The notes under the pieces: generated by a model
The model's input: only the letters and a program-made list of their open reading frames with translations
Told to the model about the DNA's origin: nothing
Databases searched by the model: none
NCBI GenBank assembly: GCA_037445555.1
Contig: JBBIKG010000012.1
Location: 14,016 to 78,015, forward strand
Origin: Lentimicrobiaceae bacterium
Lineage (GTDB): Bacteria > Bacteroidota > Bacteroidia > Bacteroidales > JAAYJT01
Reading direction: 5' to 3'
DNA length: 64,000 bases
Part shown: one piece after another, positions 20,181-30,847 of the stretch
Position numbering within the stretch: position 1 is the stretch's first letter
Layout of the letters: each line of letters opens with the position of its first letter
Program-made: the position numbers and the translations under genes

Positions 20181-21272
20181 ATGGATAACAATAATTATTG
20201 CATAATCATGGCCGGCGGGATTGGCGCCCGCTTTTGGCCCATGAGCCGCGCCTCTCGTCCAAAACAGTTCATCGACATTCTTGGCACCGGCCAAACTTTG
20301 ATACAGCAGACCTACGCCCGATTTGCACGCATTTGCCCTCCCGAAAACATATATGTTGTAACCAACGAGCAATACAGGCAACTGGTACTTGAACAAATAC
20401 CCGGCATTGATAATCACCAGGTGCTGGGCGAGCCCATTGCCCGCAACACGGCCCCCTGCATAGCCTATGCCTGCTTCAAAATTGCACAGCGCAACAAACA
20501 TGCCAACATTATCGTGGCTCCTTCAGACCACCTCATTCTGAAAGAAGACAACTTTCATCAGGTGATTCTGAAGGGACTCGAGGCCACTCATCATCACGAG
20601 ATACTTCTGACTCTCGGAATCCGCCCGAGCCGTCCCGATACAGGCTACGGCTATATACAGTATGATGAAGCTACCCCGGGTGCATTCAGCAGCCATATTG
20701 CCAAAGTCAAAACCTTTACCGAAAAACCCCAGCTTGAGATAGCACAATCGTTTCTCGAAAGCGGAGATTTTTTGTGGAACTCCGGAATTTTTATCTGGAA
20801 CCTGAAAAGTATCATGCATGCATTCAGGAAATACCTGCCTGAGGTGTATGATGTATTTCACGAAGGTATTCACGCCTACAACACCAACAGCGAGGCAGAG
20901 TTTATTGCCAGGGCTTATGCGGTGATCAAGGGAATCAGTATTGACTATGGAATACTTGAGAAAGCAAAAAATGTGTTTGTAATGGCTGCCGATTTTGGCT
21001 GGTCAGATCTGGGCACCTGGGGCTCGCTGTATACAAACCTGCCAAAAGATGCGCACGCAAACACCATTGGCGGTAAACACACTTTGCTTTACGACACCAC
21101 GGACTCTATTATAAAGGTGCCTGACCAAAAACTGGTTGTTGTGCAGGGACTGCAAGGATTCATCGTGGTTGAAGAACAGGATGCCCTGCTGATATGCAAA
21201 CGCGAAGACGAACAAAAGCTACGCCAGATAGTGGAAGATATCCGAAACAAGAAAGGCGAACAATATCTTTAA
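20181..21272 (+). CDS. mannose-1-phosphate guanylyltransferase
   Basis: IMAGGIGARFWPMSR...PKQF, EPIARNTAP, TGYGYI, FTEKP, WNSG, WSDLGTW. Confidence 0.95.
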   Translation: MDNNNYCIIMAGGIGARFWPMSRASRPKQFIDILGTGQTLIQQTYARFARICPPENIYVVTNEQYRQLVLEQIPGIDNHQVLGEPIARNTAPCIAYACFKIAQRNKHANIIVAPSDHLILKEDNFHQVILKGLEATHHHEILLTLGIRPSRPDTGYGYIQYDEATPGAFSSHIAKVKTFTEKPQLEIAQSFLESGDFLWNSGIFIWNLKSIMHAFRKYLPEVYDVFHEGIHAYNTNSEAEFIARAYAVIKGISIDYGILEKAKNVFVMAADFGWSDLGTWGSLYTNLPKDAHANTIGGKHTLLYDTTDSIIKVPDQKLVVVQGLQGFIVVEEQDALLICKREDEQKLRQIVEDIRNKKGEQYL

Positions 21273-21308
21273 TTCCTTTACCAACTGTCAAACTTTAATG
21301 TATTCATT

Positions 21309-23456
21309 ATGAAAAAATTCATTCTATCAGTTCTGATCCTGATTTCTGCCTTCACAGGCCAGCTACGTGCCGACGAAGGTATGTGGATTCCTTTCCTGCT
21401 CAACGATGCGGTTTTTGGCAAGATGCAGGAGAAGGGGCTTAAGCTCACCAGGGAACAACTCTTCAGCTTTACCAGCTCAAGCCTGAAAGACGCCATTGTG
21501 AGCATTGGCGGCTGCACGGCCGAAATCATTTCAAACCAGGGGTTGATGCTTACCAACCATCATTGCGGCAAGGGGCGTATTCAGGCACACAGCTCTGTGC
21601 AGAACGACTATCTGCGCGATGGTTTTTGGGCGGCCAATCTGGCCGAAGAGCTGCCAAATCAGGGCATGGTGGCCAGATTTCTGATACGTGCCGAGGATGT
21701 CACGGCACAATTTAAGGATGTACTGAAACCTGAAATGACCGAGCCTGAGAGAAACGCCGCCATCCGCACGCATAGTGCTGAGATTGAGAAAAAAGCTGTG
21801 GCAGGCACCCATTACAGTGCCAACGTAAGGCCAATGTTTGCCGGCAATGAATTTTACTTGTTCGTTTTTGAAACCTTTACCGATGTTCGCTTGGTAGGAG
21901 CTCCTCCGTCAAGCATCGGCGAATACGGAGGCGACACAGACAACTGGATGTGGCCACGTCATACCGGCGACTTTACTCTTTTCAGGGTGTATTCTGGTCC
22001 TGACGGAAAACCGGCCGATTACAGCCCGAACAACATCCCGCTTAAGCCCCGCTATTACCTTCCGGTATCGATCAAAGGAGTGAAAGAAGGCGACTATGCC
22101 ATGATCCTCGGCTACCCCGGATCGACCACACGATATCTTACATCGCATGGCATTGAGTTCAACCTCGAAAAAATGTATCCGGTTCGCATCGACATCCGCC
22201 GTAAAAAACTCGATATCATAGAAGAGGCCATGGCCGCAAGCGACCAAAACCGTATCATGTATGCCTCCCGCCAGTCGGGCATATCCAACTACTGGAAAAA
22301 CTTTATCGGCATGAGTCGAGCGTTGGTCCGCCTGAAAATAGCCGACACCAAGCGCGAGCAGGAAGCCCGGTTCATGGACTGGGTAAATGCAAACCCCGCA
22401 CGTACGGCTGAGTATGGCAACCTGATGAAAGAGTATAAGGCCATCTACGATGGTTTGCGTCAGTTTAACTCGATCAACTACATTTACATAGAGGCTATGG
22501 CCTCAGGACCTGCCAACTTCACCTTGGTTGCCTCAGCACTTACTTTGCCTGCATTGCTCGAGGACAAAAGCAAAGAGAAAGAGGCCACCGAGGCCGTAAA
22601 CAGACTGAAATCGGCTTCTGAGCGTTTTTTCCGCAACTATAACGGCCCGGTAGAAGAAAAAATGTGGGCGGCAATGTTTGAAGAATACGCCAAGAGGCTG
22701 CCGAAAGAAAACCTTCCTGATATTTTCCAAACTATCGAACGTAAATACAAGAACAACTTTGCCCGCTACGCCGCAGATGTTTACAAAACAAGCCTGTTCG
22801 CCAGCCCCGACAGGTTAAACAAATTCCTGGCCAAGCCAACCGCCAAAGCACTGAAAGCCGATCCGATGTTTGCGGCAGTGCAATCGGGAACCCAGCATTT
22901 TCAGGATGTGAATGCTAAACTGCAGGATTACAACAATCGCCTTGCGCGCACCGAACGCACATACATCAAAGGCTTGCGCGAGATGGACCCGAACGGATTA
23001 TTCTATCCCGATGCCAACTCAACCATGCGTCTTACCTATGGCAGTGTGGAAGGATACCAGGCAGCCGATGCCGTGTACTATCAGTTCCAGACTTCACTCG
23101 ACGGGGTGATCGAGAAAGAAAATCCCTCAAACCATGAGTTTGTTCTCAGCAGCAAGCTTAAAAGCCTTTACCAGGACAAAAACTACGGAGAATATGGAGA
23201 AAAGGGAAGGATGTTTGTCAACTTTATCTCTAACAACGACATTACTGGAGGTAACTCAGGCAGTCCTGTGATTAATGGCGATGGCCACCTGATCGGTCTG
23301 GCCTTTGACGGAAACTGGGAAGCCATGAGCGGCGATATACTGTTCGAAAATAACACCCAGCGGACAATCAGCGTGGATATACGCTATGTGTTGTTCGTGA
23401 TCGATAAATTTGCGCATGCCCGTCGCCTCATCGATGAGATGACTATCATCCGATAG
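21309..23456 (+). CDS. S46 family dipeptidyl peptidase (DPP7-like)
   Basis: ADEGMW, TNHHC, NWMWPRHTGDF, TGGNSGSP; FDGNWE has Gly at the S1 position, as in DPP7 rather than DPP11. Confidence 0.93.
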   Translation: MKKFILSVLILISAFTGQLRADEGMWIPFLLNDAVFGKMQEKGLKLTREQLFSFTSSSLKDAIVSIGGCTAEIISNQGLMLTNHHCGKGRIQAHSSVQNDYLRDGFWAANLAEELPNQGMVARFLIRAEDVTAQFKDVLKPEMTEPERNAAIRTHSAEIEKKAVAGTHYSANVRPMFAGNEFYLFVFETFTDVRLVGAPPSSIGEYGGDTDNWMWPRHTGDFTLFRVYSGPDGKPADYSPNNIPLKPRYYLPVSIKGVKEGDYAMILGYPGSTTRYLTSHGIEFNLEKMYPVRIDIRRKKLDIIEEAMAASDQNRIMYASRQSGISNYWKNFIGMSRALVRLKIADTKREQEARFMDWVNANPARTAEYGNLMKEYKAIYDGLRQFNSINYIYIEAMASGPANFTLVASALTLPALLEDKSKEKEATEAVNRLKSASERFFRNYNGPVEEKMWAAMFEEYAKRLPKENLPDIFQTIERKYKNNFARYAADVYKTSLFASPDRLNKFLAKPTAKALKADPMFAAVQSGTQHFQDVNAKLQDYNNRLARTERTYIKGLREMDPNGLFYPDANSTMRLTYGSVEGYQAADAVYYQFQTSLDGVIEKENPSNHEFVLSSKLKSLYQDKNYGEYGEKGRMFVNFISNNDITGGNSGSPVINGDGHLIGLAFDGNWEAMSGDILFENNTQRTISVDIRYVLFVIDKFAHARRLIDEMTIIR

Positions 23457-23480
23457 ACATTATCACGTTATGCCATAAAT

Positions 23481-23516
23481 AAACAGCCGGCTGGGAAATT
23501 CCCAGCCGGCTGTTTT
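23481..23516. terminator. bidirectional intrinsic terminator
   Basis: AAACAGCCGGCTGGGAA-A-TTCCCAGCCGGCTGTTT between convergent genes. Confidence 0.85.
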
Positions 23517-23534
23517 ACTGAAAATGGCTTAAGT

Positions 23535-24884
23535 CTAAAACAGGTAATTCAGCCCGATATAGAGGCCGCTTTTGCCGTCACGTTTGTCGAGGGCTTTGCC
23601 GTAATCAACCGCCACGATGAAATTTTCGTTTAAGACCACCCGTAGTCCGGCACCCGCGGTGGCATGCAGTTTTTCTTCGCCTGAGGCAAAGTATGTAGCC
23701 CTTTCGGAGGCTGGCACCGGAGGCTGGCTGAATTCTATCTTCTTCAGCACTTTTCCGGCGTCTACAAAGGTATTGAGGCCAAGGTAGAGGTTCTGGTTCA
23801 GAACCACGGTTTTAAGAAATTTCCATCTGAACTCGGCATTTCCGAAAGCGAAAGCATCGCCTACCACACGGTTGCGCAACATGCCTCTTACAGTTTTCGA
23901 TCCGCCCAGGCCATCGGTGTTTGATGAGTTACTGAATGAATAAATCATGTAGGGTTGCATGAAAAAGGGAACGGTTCCGCCAAGGGTTCCCTGATAATTG
24001 AGACGATAAGCAAACGAGAGTCGGTCTTTGACCAGGGTAAAGTACTGTCTGTGAGTTGCTGAAATCTTAAAATAGCCATAGTCGCCGTTGCCAAAGAATT
24101 TTGGGGCGGCAAAAAGTACCATTTCGCTCCATACGCCTTTCATAGGATTGGGTTCAAAATCGCGCGTGTCATATACCAGGCCGAGCTTGAGATTGTTTGC
24201 CCAGCCTCCGTTTTTTTCATTTTCCCTGATAATGCCCCACTGCACATATTTGTCATACAAACCAGGCACCAAAGGCAGTTTGTCCTCGTCTTTCTTTCCC
24301 TTGTTAAGGGCATCCACATCCACCGGACCTATGCTGTTCTTCAGGATACCGATACCGGCAATCCAACGCAGGTTGTCGATGGCAAGCCCACCCTGAAAAT
24401 CGGCGGTGATGCGGAACATGTCGCGGTTGTGACGGTAAAACATACGTGTCTTATAGGCAGCGCTCTCATCATTTTCCCAGTCAGCGTTGTAAATGGCATC
24501 GTATCCGTTGAATCCGTAGAAATCAAGGGCCCGTTCGGTGAGGTAACTCACGTCGGCCGTAAAACGTATGCCTGGAATCAAATACTCTGAATCGTAGAAA
24601 AAGCGGTTCACCCCGCTGCCCTTGGTATAGCGCGACACCTCCGCATAGAGCGAATGCATGTATTTAGGATATGTACTCCCATCGCCAAAATAATAAAGAT
24701 TAACTAAGGCTCCGTACTGAAACCCAAGATCGGAATTGAACGATACTGCCGGAAGCGCCCCAAACGTCCATCCTTTTTTGATTTTTTGTTTTTCGGTATT
24801 GTCCTGGGCATACCCCTGGTATGAGCCTAAGATAAATCCAAGCAGCACGATGGCCGCTAACGTGTGTACTGTTCCCTTTTTCAT
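23535..24884 (-). CDS. Omp85/BamA-TamA family beta-barrel protein lacking POTRA domains
   Basis: Signal peptide, YDTRD, GGSKTVRG loop-6 motif, FVDAGKV, terminal YLF. Confidence 0.8.
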   Translation of the reverse strand: MKKGTVHTLAAIVLLGFILGSYQGYAQDNTEKQKIKKGWTFGALPAVSFNSDLGFQYGALVNLYYFGDGSTYPKYMHSLYAEVSRYTKGSGVNRFFYDSEYLIPGIRFTADVSYLTERALDFYGFNGYDAIYNADWENDESAAYKTRMFYRHNRDMFRITADFQGGLAIDNLRWIAGIGILKNSIGPVDVDALNKGKKDEDKLPLVPGLYDKYVQWGIIRENEKNGGWANNLKLGLVYDTRDFEPNPMKGVWSEMVLFAAPKFFGNGDYGYFKISATHRQYFTLVKDRLSFAYRLNYQGTLGGTVPFFMQPYMIYSFSNSSNTDGLGGSKTVRGMLRNRVVGDAFAFGNAEFRWKFLKTVVLNQNLYLGLNTFVDAGKVLKKIEFSQPPVPASERATYFASGEEKLHATAGAGLRVVLNENFIVAVDYGKALDKRDGKSGLYIGLNYLF

Positions 24885-25121
24885 AAGATGTTGGTTAGGT
24901 TTGTAAATCTTTTTCTGTTTTTCTCTCTTTGGATTGTGTGTGGCTAAAATACAATATTTTGAGTACGAAACGCAAGTGGGAATTGTTTTATGTATTCTTT
25001 ATCCAGCCAATTAATGTGAGAAAGTTTTCACGAATACATTGTTTCAGGCGGCATCAACACCATTGCTTCATAAAATAGTTTCTGAAAAATCCTTACTATT
25101 GCAGAAACAAACCCGTTTACA

Positions 25122-26474
25122 ATGAGAACAAAACACACCCGTTGGCTACCTGCAATTCTCCTTTTGTACACACTTTCTTTCCCGGGAACAATCTTCGCCT
25201 GGTCCGAACATCCCATGCTGGTGAGACCGGCCCTTAAAGACCTGCCCATGTGGGTGAGGCTCGATGCAGTTGAAGTAAAAAGCCTGAAAACCTTCCTGGT
25301 GGAAGTGGAAAAAAACCTTGAGCAATTTCTTGCTGAACACGAAAAATGGTCTCGGGCCAATCTCCCAGATTATGCTCCCTGTCCTGATCAGCTTGCCTTT
25401 AAGGCAATCGGCAACCACGAGGATATCCTGACCCGTTTCTATCGAGCCATACGCGTCAATCCTCACATTAAGGTGCCTTTGTATCTTCACCTGCTGCCGC
25501 ACGACGATACCGAAGGCCGCCCCGTTGCCGATCCACGCGACATCACCACCCTGACCGACATCAGTTCCATGATCAACACCACCTACGTCTGGATCAACGA
25601 AGGAGAGATGGTACATCCGTTCATGGTGGTAAGCAGTGCCTCTGATGAACCCGACTATGGTTTTGACCTCGGCCTCTTCGACGATAACAATACCGACTAC
25701 GGTGCGCAATACGGATTCGGCACTCAGTCATTCGGCAACCCAAACCTGGAATACGGAAGTCAGGCTCCTTTTCATATGGGATTCTACCATGAGGCAAAGA
25801 TCCTCTACAAATTCGGCCCCTTCCTTAAGCGCACCTACCTTGACTACCGATTATTTCTTTACAGGGCACTTGCCCAATTTGCCTTCAGCCAGAACCAGCC
25901 CTACTGGGGTTGGCGATTTGCCGGCTGGGGATTGCACTACCTGAATGATGTTTCCATGCCATATCACATGAAACCGCTTCCTGGTGTGAGCACGCTACGC
26001 ATGATATGGATTAACCTGAAGGCCATGCTTGGCTTCCCAAAGGCCAAAAACGATGCCGTGCAGCTTGTGTCAAACCGGCACACGGTGTTCGAAGAGTTTC
26101 AGGTGCAGGTATTGCGCCAGGCGCTGCGCGACAAAAATGAAACACATCCATTCCTGAAAGCGCTTGCCAGCCCTGTCGAAGCTGTACCTTTTTCGTATGA
26201 TTTCCTGATTAATACTGCTTCGAAAGACTCAGCTAAAAGAGCAAAGGAGGTTGACAAGGCCCTGGCCAGGTACATGCCTGCCCACATGGTTAAAGATCCC
26301 AAAATAGAAGCAAACGACCTGCCTGAGCTTGACGAATTGATTGAAACCATAAATAAGGATATGGGAAATGCTGCCATTGACGGGATGACAAACGTGATGG
26401 CTGAGCGTATGCGCTCGTTCAGCATGCATGCCCAGAGCTATTTGGATGATGTTGTATCAAAATCAGGAATATAA
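25122..26474 (+). CDS. secreted protein with phospholipase C / S1-P1 nuclease-like zinc-binding motifs
   Basis: Mature N-terminus W-S-E-H after the signal peptide; HYLNDVSMPYH; RHTVFEE. Confidence 0.6.
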   Translation: MRTKHTRWLPAILLLYTLSFPGTIFAWSEHPMLVRPALKDLPMWVRLDAVEVKSLKTFLVEVEKNLEQFLAEHEKWSRANLPDYAPCPDQLAFKAIGNHEDILTRFYRAIRVNPHIKVPLYLHLLPHDDTEGRPVADPRDITTLTDISSMINTTYVWINEGEMVHPFMVVSSASDEPDYGFDLGLFDDNNTDYGAQYGFGTQSFGNPNLEYGSQAPFHMGFYHEAKILYKFGPFLKRTYLDYRLFLYRALAQFAFSQNQPYWGWRFAGWGLHYLNDVSMPYHMKPLPGVSTLRMIWINLKAMLGFPKAKNDAVQLVSNRHTVFEEFQVQVLRQALRDKNETHPFLKALASPVEAVPFSYDFLINTASKDSAKRAKEVDKALARYMPAHMVKDPKIEANDLPELDELIETINKDMGNAAIDGMTNVMAERMRSFSMHAQSYLDDVVSKSGI

Positions 26475-26508
26475 CAAATACCGGTTGTCTTGAAATAAAA
26501 ATACTCCC

Positions 26509-28905
26509 ATGAAAACATTAAAAAAAATCCTGGCAGGCTTGGGGATACTCCTGGCCATTGTGCTCATAGTAGCATTCTTTTTTGTGCGAAACGTATCTCG
26601 TAAGGCGCTGCCCGATTATAATAAATCATTGAAGATTGAAGGCTTACAGGATGTGGTGGAGGTGTACCGCGACTCATTCGCCATTCCGCATGTGTATGCC
26701 GTCAACGAACACGATCTGTATATGGCCACCGGATATCTGATGGCGCAGGACCGATTATGGCAAATGGATTTCCTTCGCAGAGTAACCCAGGGGCGCTTAT
26801 CAGAAATCTTGGGCGCCACTACCACAGATGCCGACCACCTGCTACGCGCGCTTCGCATTCCGGAAAAATCACAAATGGTGCTTGAACGCAGCGATACCCT
26901 TTTGCTTCAATGTCTCGAGGCTTTTGCTGCCGGAGTCAACCAGTATATCGAAACACAGGGAAAAAAGCTTCCGCCTGAATTCACCTTGCTTGGCTACAAA
27001 CCCGAGCCATGGTTGCCGGAGCACTCGGTCAACCTTATAGGCTACATGGCCTGGGATTTGACTGGATCGTGGACCACCGAAGTGGTGATGCATAAACTGG
27101 CACAAAAACTTGATGGAGAGAGGTTTAAACAACTTCTCCCTGCCATGAACAGGCAATCCACCTATGTACATCCCGATTATAGTATCGCTGAATCAACGAA
27201 GATGTTCACCTTGCTCGATAAAGCAGATCTGCTCCGTAACTTCAAACTGGAAGTATTCAGCGCGAGCAACAACTGGGCTGTTTCGGGAGCAAGGAGCATA
27301 ACGAGCATGCCATTGCTTTCGAATGATATGCACCTTGGATTTGGATCGCCTGGTATATGGTATCCAATGCATCAAGAGATCGAAGGCAGCCTGAAGGTAA
27401 GCGGAGTAGCATTGCCGGGCGCACCGGCGATTATCGCAGGGCATAACGAAAAAATAGCCTGGGGAATGACCAATCTTTATGTGGACGATATGGATTTTTA
27501 TGTCGAAACCATCGACTCTCTTTCCAATACCTATAAAGTGAACGATGAATGGAAGCAGCTGCTAATCCGAGAAGAGAAAATTGCAGTTAAAGGAGGCGAC
27601 ACCATTACCCGCCCTATTCGTTACACCCAGCGCGGACCTATCATCTCAGACTTTAAGAAAATAAAAGACCAGGCCATATCCATGCGCTGGATAGGTAATG
27701 ACTACAGCAACGAGTTACGCACCATTTATTTGCTCAACCGCGCAGGTAATTGGAATGAATTTCGAGATGCCCTCTCCACATTTATCGCAGTGAGCCAAAA
27801 TGTAGTTTATGCCGATGTTGATGGCAATATTGGATTACAAACTGCCGGAGGAGTACCCATAAGAAAAGAAGGTAATGGTATGTTCATTAGCCCGGGCGAC
27901 AGCGATCGGTTCGACTGGACCGGTATTGTACCCTTCGACCAGCTTCCGTTTACCTATAACCCGCCCGAAGGGTTCGTAGCTTCGGCAAACAACCGAACAG
28001 TAGGCGAAAACTATCCTCATAATATCGGACATTGGTTCGATCTTCCCAGCCGTATAGATCGCATACGCGAAATGCTTGCTACCAAAGAAAAATTTGATGT
28101 GGAGGATTTCAAACTTATGCTGGCCGATTTTCGTTCGAAGCATGCAGAAAAGCATTTGCCGGTATTCTTAGAGGCGTTGCAGAAAGACGAATCGCTCACA
28201 CCTAAGGAAAAAGAGGTGCTCGAATACCTGAAAAATTGGGACTATCAACTCACCGCCGATAGCAAAGCAGCATCGGTGTTTGAAGTGATGTATCTTAATT
28301 TGTCGCGCAACCTGAAGCACGACGAGATGGGCGACGACTTGTATAGAGAGTTTATAGGCGTGCGCATGATGGTAAGAAACCTTATTGAGCATGTACTTGA
28401 ACATTCTGCTTCGTTGTGGGTAGACAATGTGGATACCCCCGAAACAGAAACCTTTGAAAGCCTAGTGGTAAAAAGTTTTCGCGAGGCACTCGATTGGCTC
28501 ACCAAAACTTATGGAGATGAAAGCGAAGATTGGGCCTGGGGCAAGGTGCACACCCTCACCATCGAGCACCCGTTGGGATCAGTTAAATTGCTCGACAAAA
28601 TTTTTAGTCTAAATAAAGGCCCATATCCAATTGGAGGCAGTTACCATACGGTGAACCCACTTGCCTACAGTTTCCGCAATCCTTTTAAATCGGTGCATGG
28701 AGCCTCGCAACGCCACATCTATAGCCTGTCCGATTGGACAGAGTCGCAAGTGGTAATTCCCACAGGAATCTCAGGTATACCCGCAAGCAGGCATTACCTC
28801 GACCAAACCCCACTTTTTGTAAGAAACGAATATCGCAATGAGCTATGGACCAAAGAAAAAGTACAGAGCCAAGCAAAATACCATGCAATATTCAGCCCAA
28901 AATAA
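26509..28905 (+). CDS. penicillin acylase (S45, Ntn-hydrolase) family protein
   Basis: RDSFAIPHVYA, AQDRLWQMD, SNNWAVSG nucleophile, NDMHL, QNVVYADVDGNIG, SANN. Confidence 0.94.
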   Translation: MKTLKKILAGLGILLAIVLIVAFFFVRNVSRKALPDYNKSLKIEGLQDVVEVYRDSFAIPHVYAVNEHDLYMATGYLMAQDRLWQMDFLRRVTQGRLSEILGATTTDADHLLRALRIPEKSQMVLERSDTLLLQCLEAFAAGVNQYIETQGKKLPPEFTLLGYKPEPWLPEHSVNLIGYMAWDLTGSWTTEVVMHKLAQKLDGERFKQLLPAMNRQSTYVHPDYSIAESTKMFTLLDKADLLRNFKLEVFSASNNWAVSGARSITSMPLLSNDMHLGFGSPGIWYPMHQEIEGSLKVSGVALPGAPAIIAGHNEKIAWGMTNLYVDDMDFYVETIDSLSNTYKVNDEWKQLLIREEKIAVKGGDTITRPIRYTQRGPIISDFKKIKDQAISMRWIGNDYSNELRTIYLLNRAGNWNEFRDALSTFIAVSQNVVYADVDGNIGLQTAGGVPIRKEGNGMFISPGDSDRFDWTGIVPFDQLPFTYNPPEGFVASANNRTVGENYPHNIGHWFDLPSRIDRIREMLATKEKFDVEDFKLMLADFRSKHAEKHLPVFLEALQKDESLTPKEKEVLEYLKNWDYQLTADSKAASVFEVMYLNLSRNLKHDEMGDDLYREFIGVRMMVRNLIEHVLEHSASLWVDNVDTPETETFESLVVKSFREALDWLTKTYGDESEDWAWGKVHTLTIEHPLGSVKLLDKIFSLNKGPYPIGGSYHTVNPLAYSFRNPFKSVHGASQRHIYSLSDWTESQVVIPTGISGIPASRHYLDQTPLFVRNEYRNELWTKEKVQSQAKYHAIFSPK

Positions 28906-29094
28906 GAAATACAATTTTGAGGTCATATATTTTATAACGGCAGTCAATGAAAGGCTGATACTTATCGTTATGAATTCCTCAAGTGGCATTCAAGTTTCTG
29001 GAAGTGTGTAATTAAGGAGTGATTATCCACCTGAGGGTTTGCGGCTTTATTTGAATTTATATATAAACATTGTACTAATCAGAGTTACAACACA

Positions 29095-29691
29095 ATGAGA
29101 AAAAATTATCGTTTGATCTTCATACTGATCAAAATAATGTTTATTACTTCTTGCGACATACTACATCAGGTGGCTGAGATGCACACCTTTTCGAAATGCG
29201 AGTTCCGGGTGGCGTCTGTTACAGATACTTACCTGGCCGGGGTGAATCTTTCGGCCATCAAAAGTTTTTCTGACATCAAACCCCTCGATCTGGTAATGCT
29301 AACTTCGGCTGCCCTAAGCAATAATCTGCCACTTAACCTGAAACTGAACCTGGAGGTAAAAAACCCCAATAGTCAGGCTGCATCTCTTAGCCGAGTTGAT
29401 TGGCAATTATTTATTGATGATTTGAAAATGCTCGAGGGCGCCGTGAACGATCGTTTTGTGGCCGATGCATATCAGACAGCCACCCTTCCGTTGACCTTTT
29501 CGTTTAATCTCAAAGAAACGCTCAAAGGCGAAAAAGCCGATAAACTCATCTCTTTCGCCACAGGCCTTGCTGACGGCACCAACCAAAGCAACAGGGTGAT
29601 GATGCGTCTGAAACCATCGGTAATGGTGGGTGGACGCACTGTGGCCTATCCGGGATATATTGATGTGAAAAATGTTTTTACTTCACAATGA
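29095..29691 (+). CDS. LEA_2/WHy-like domain lipoprotein
   Basis: ITSC lipobox; LEVKNPN motif. Confidence 0.65.
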   Translation: MRKNYRLIFILIKIMFITSCDILHQVAEMHTFSKCEFRVASVTDTYLAGVNLSAIKSFSDIKPLDLVMLTSAALSNNLPLNLKLNLEVKNPNSQAASLSRVDWQLFIDDLKMLEGAVNDRFVADAYQTATLPLTFSFNLKETLKGEKADKLISFATGLADGTNQSNRVMMRLKPSVMVGGRTVAYPGYIDVKNVFTSQ

Positions 29692-29792
29692 TACGCCCCC
29701 AAACGAAACGTGAGCCCTTCAGATAGATGATGCTTGAGTCCACCCGCAACGCCATCAGAAAATTAAGTTGCTGTGGTTTTCAAAAATATTTT

Positions 29793-29800
29793 TACTTTTG
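29793..29800 (+). promoter_or_regulatory. Bacteroidota sigma-A -7 element for tRNA-Ala
   Basis: TACTTTTG (TAnnTTTG) 16 nt upstream of the tRNA. Confidence 0.65.
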
Positions 29801-29816
29801 CAGCCCTGATTCACGC

Positions 29817-29890
29817 GGGGCGTTAGCTCAGTTGGCTAGAGCGTTAGACTGGCAGTCTAAAGGTCAGGGGTTCGACTCCCCTACGCTCCA
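29817..29890 (+). tRNA. tRNA-Ala (GGC)
   Basis: Cloverleaf GGGGCGT...ACGCTCC-A with G3:U70; anticodon arm TTAGA-CTGGCAG-TCTAA; GTTCGAC T-loop. Confidence 0.96.
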
Positions 29891-29899
29891 CTCAGTTTG

Positions 29900-29935
29900 A
29901 ACACCTGTCGGCTTCTCTGGCAGGTGTTTTCTTTT
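29900..29935 (+). terminator. intrinsic terminator after tRNA-Ala
   Basis: AACACCTGTCGG...CTGGCAGGTGTT followed by a T-rich tract. Confidence 0.75.
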
Positions 29936-30065
29936 CTCCTCGTTTCCTGCACTATACCAATCATTGAAGCTTAGGAAATAAATTAGACTGCCAGGAATTT
30001 GATATGCGAATATTTTGCATATATTGCAGTCTGTTCTGTAACTATTAACCTCTAATCAGATTATT

Positions 30066-30767
30066 ATGAACCACACTTTGGGATCTCTCAGCCGATTCGC
30101 CTGGAAGCATTATATATCTTTACTGGTTTTTGCGGCAACAACCAATAGCCTTAGTGCAGGTAATCCCGTGAAGATTCAGCTCCCGCAACCTGCAAAACAA
30201 GGAGTGGTATCGCTCGAAGAGGCTTTACTGCAGCGCCGCAGTGTCCGGAGTTTCGCGCCATATGCCATCACCCTTCAAGAGGTGGGGCAGTTGTTGTGGG
30301 CAGGGCAAGGCATTACTCAGGCCGACCGCAGTTTACGCACTGCACCCTCGGCCGGCGCCACCTTTCCTATTGAACTATATGTTGCCATTTTCAACGCCGA
30401 AGGTATTACTCCCGGATTGTATCAATACCAGTGCAAGGAGCACTCTCTCATCATGAAAAAACAGGCCCTTCCGGCCGACAGCCTGGTTGGCGTGGCCTTA
30501 TCGCAGCAATGGATAAAGGAGGCTTCAGCGGTGATCTTTGTTTGTGCGGTGCCGGCACGCACTTCGCCGCGCTATGGCGAGCGCACCAGCCGTTACGTGC
30601 ACATTGAAGTGGGGCATGTGGGGCAAAACATTGCCCTGCAGGCCGTTGCGCTTAAACTCGGAACCACCATGGTTGGATCGTTTAAAGACGTCGTCCTTGC
30701 TACCATTCTTCAACTGCCCGAAGGCGAGATACCGCTTTACACGATCCCGGTAGGGAAGCCCAAATAA
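30066..30767 (+). CDS. SagB/ThcOx-type nitroreductase-fold flavoprotein
   Basis: RRSVRSF, LLWAGQG, RTAPSAGATFP, EVGHVGQN. Confidence 0.9.
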   Translation: MNHTLGSLSRFAWKHYISLLVFAATTNSLSAGNPVKIQLPQPAKQGVVSLEEALLQRRSVRSFAPYAITLQEVGQLLWAGQGITQADRSLRTAPSAGATFPIELYVAIFNAEGITPGLYQYQCKEHSLIMKKQALPADSLVGVALSQQWIKEASAVIFVCAVPARTSPRYGERTSRYVHIEVGHVGQNIALQAVALKLGTTMVGSFKDVVLATILQLPEGEIPLYTIPVGKPK

Positions 30768-30847
30768 ATCCCGGCTATCTTACAAAGTATATTTTGTTTT
30801 GGCTGACCGGGAGTGGTGAAAGATCGCTTGACAACGGAAGAAACAGA

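Noticed and set aside
29817-29935. tRNA-Ala as an integration site
   Set aside because: No duplicate of its 3' end or mobility gene was seen nearby.
30066-30767. SagB-like gene as part of a RiPP (azole) cluster
   Set aside because: No YcaO, precursor peptide or transporter is adjacent; stand-alone nitroreductase-fold proteins are common.
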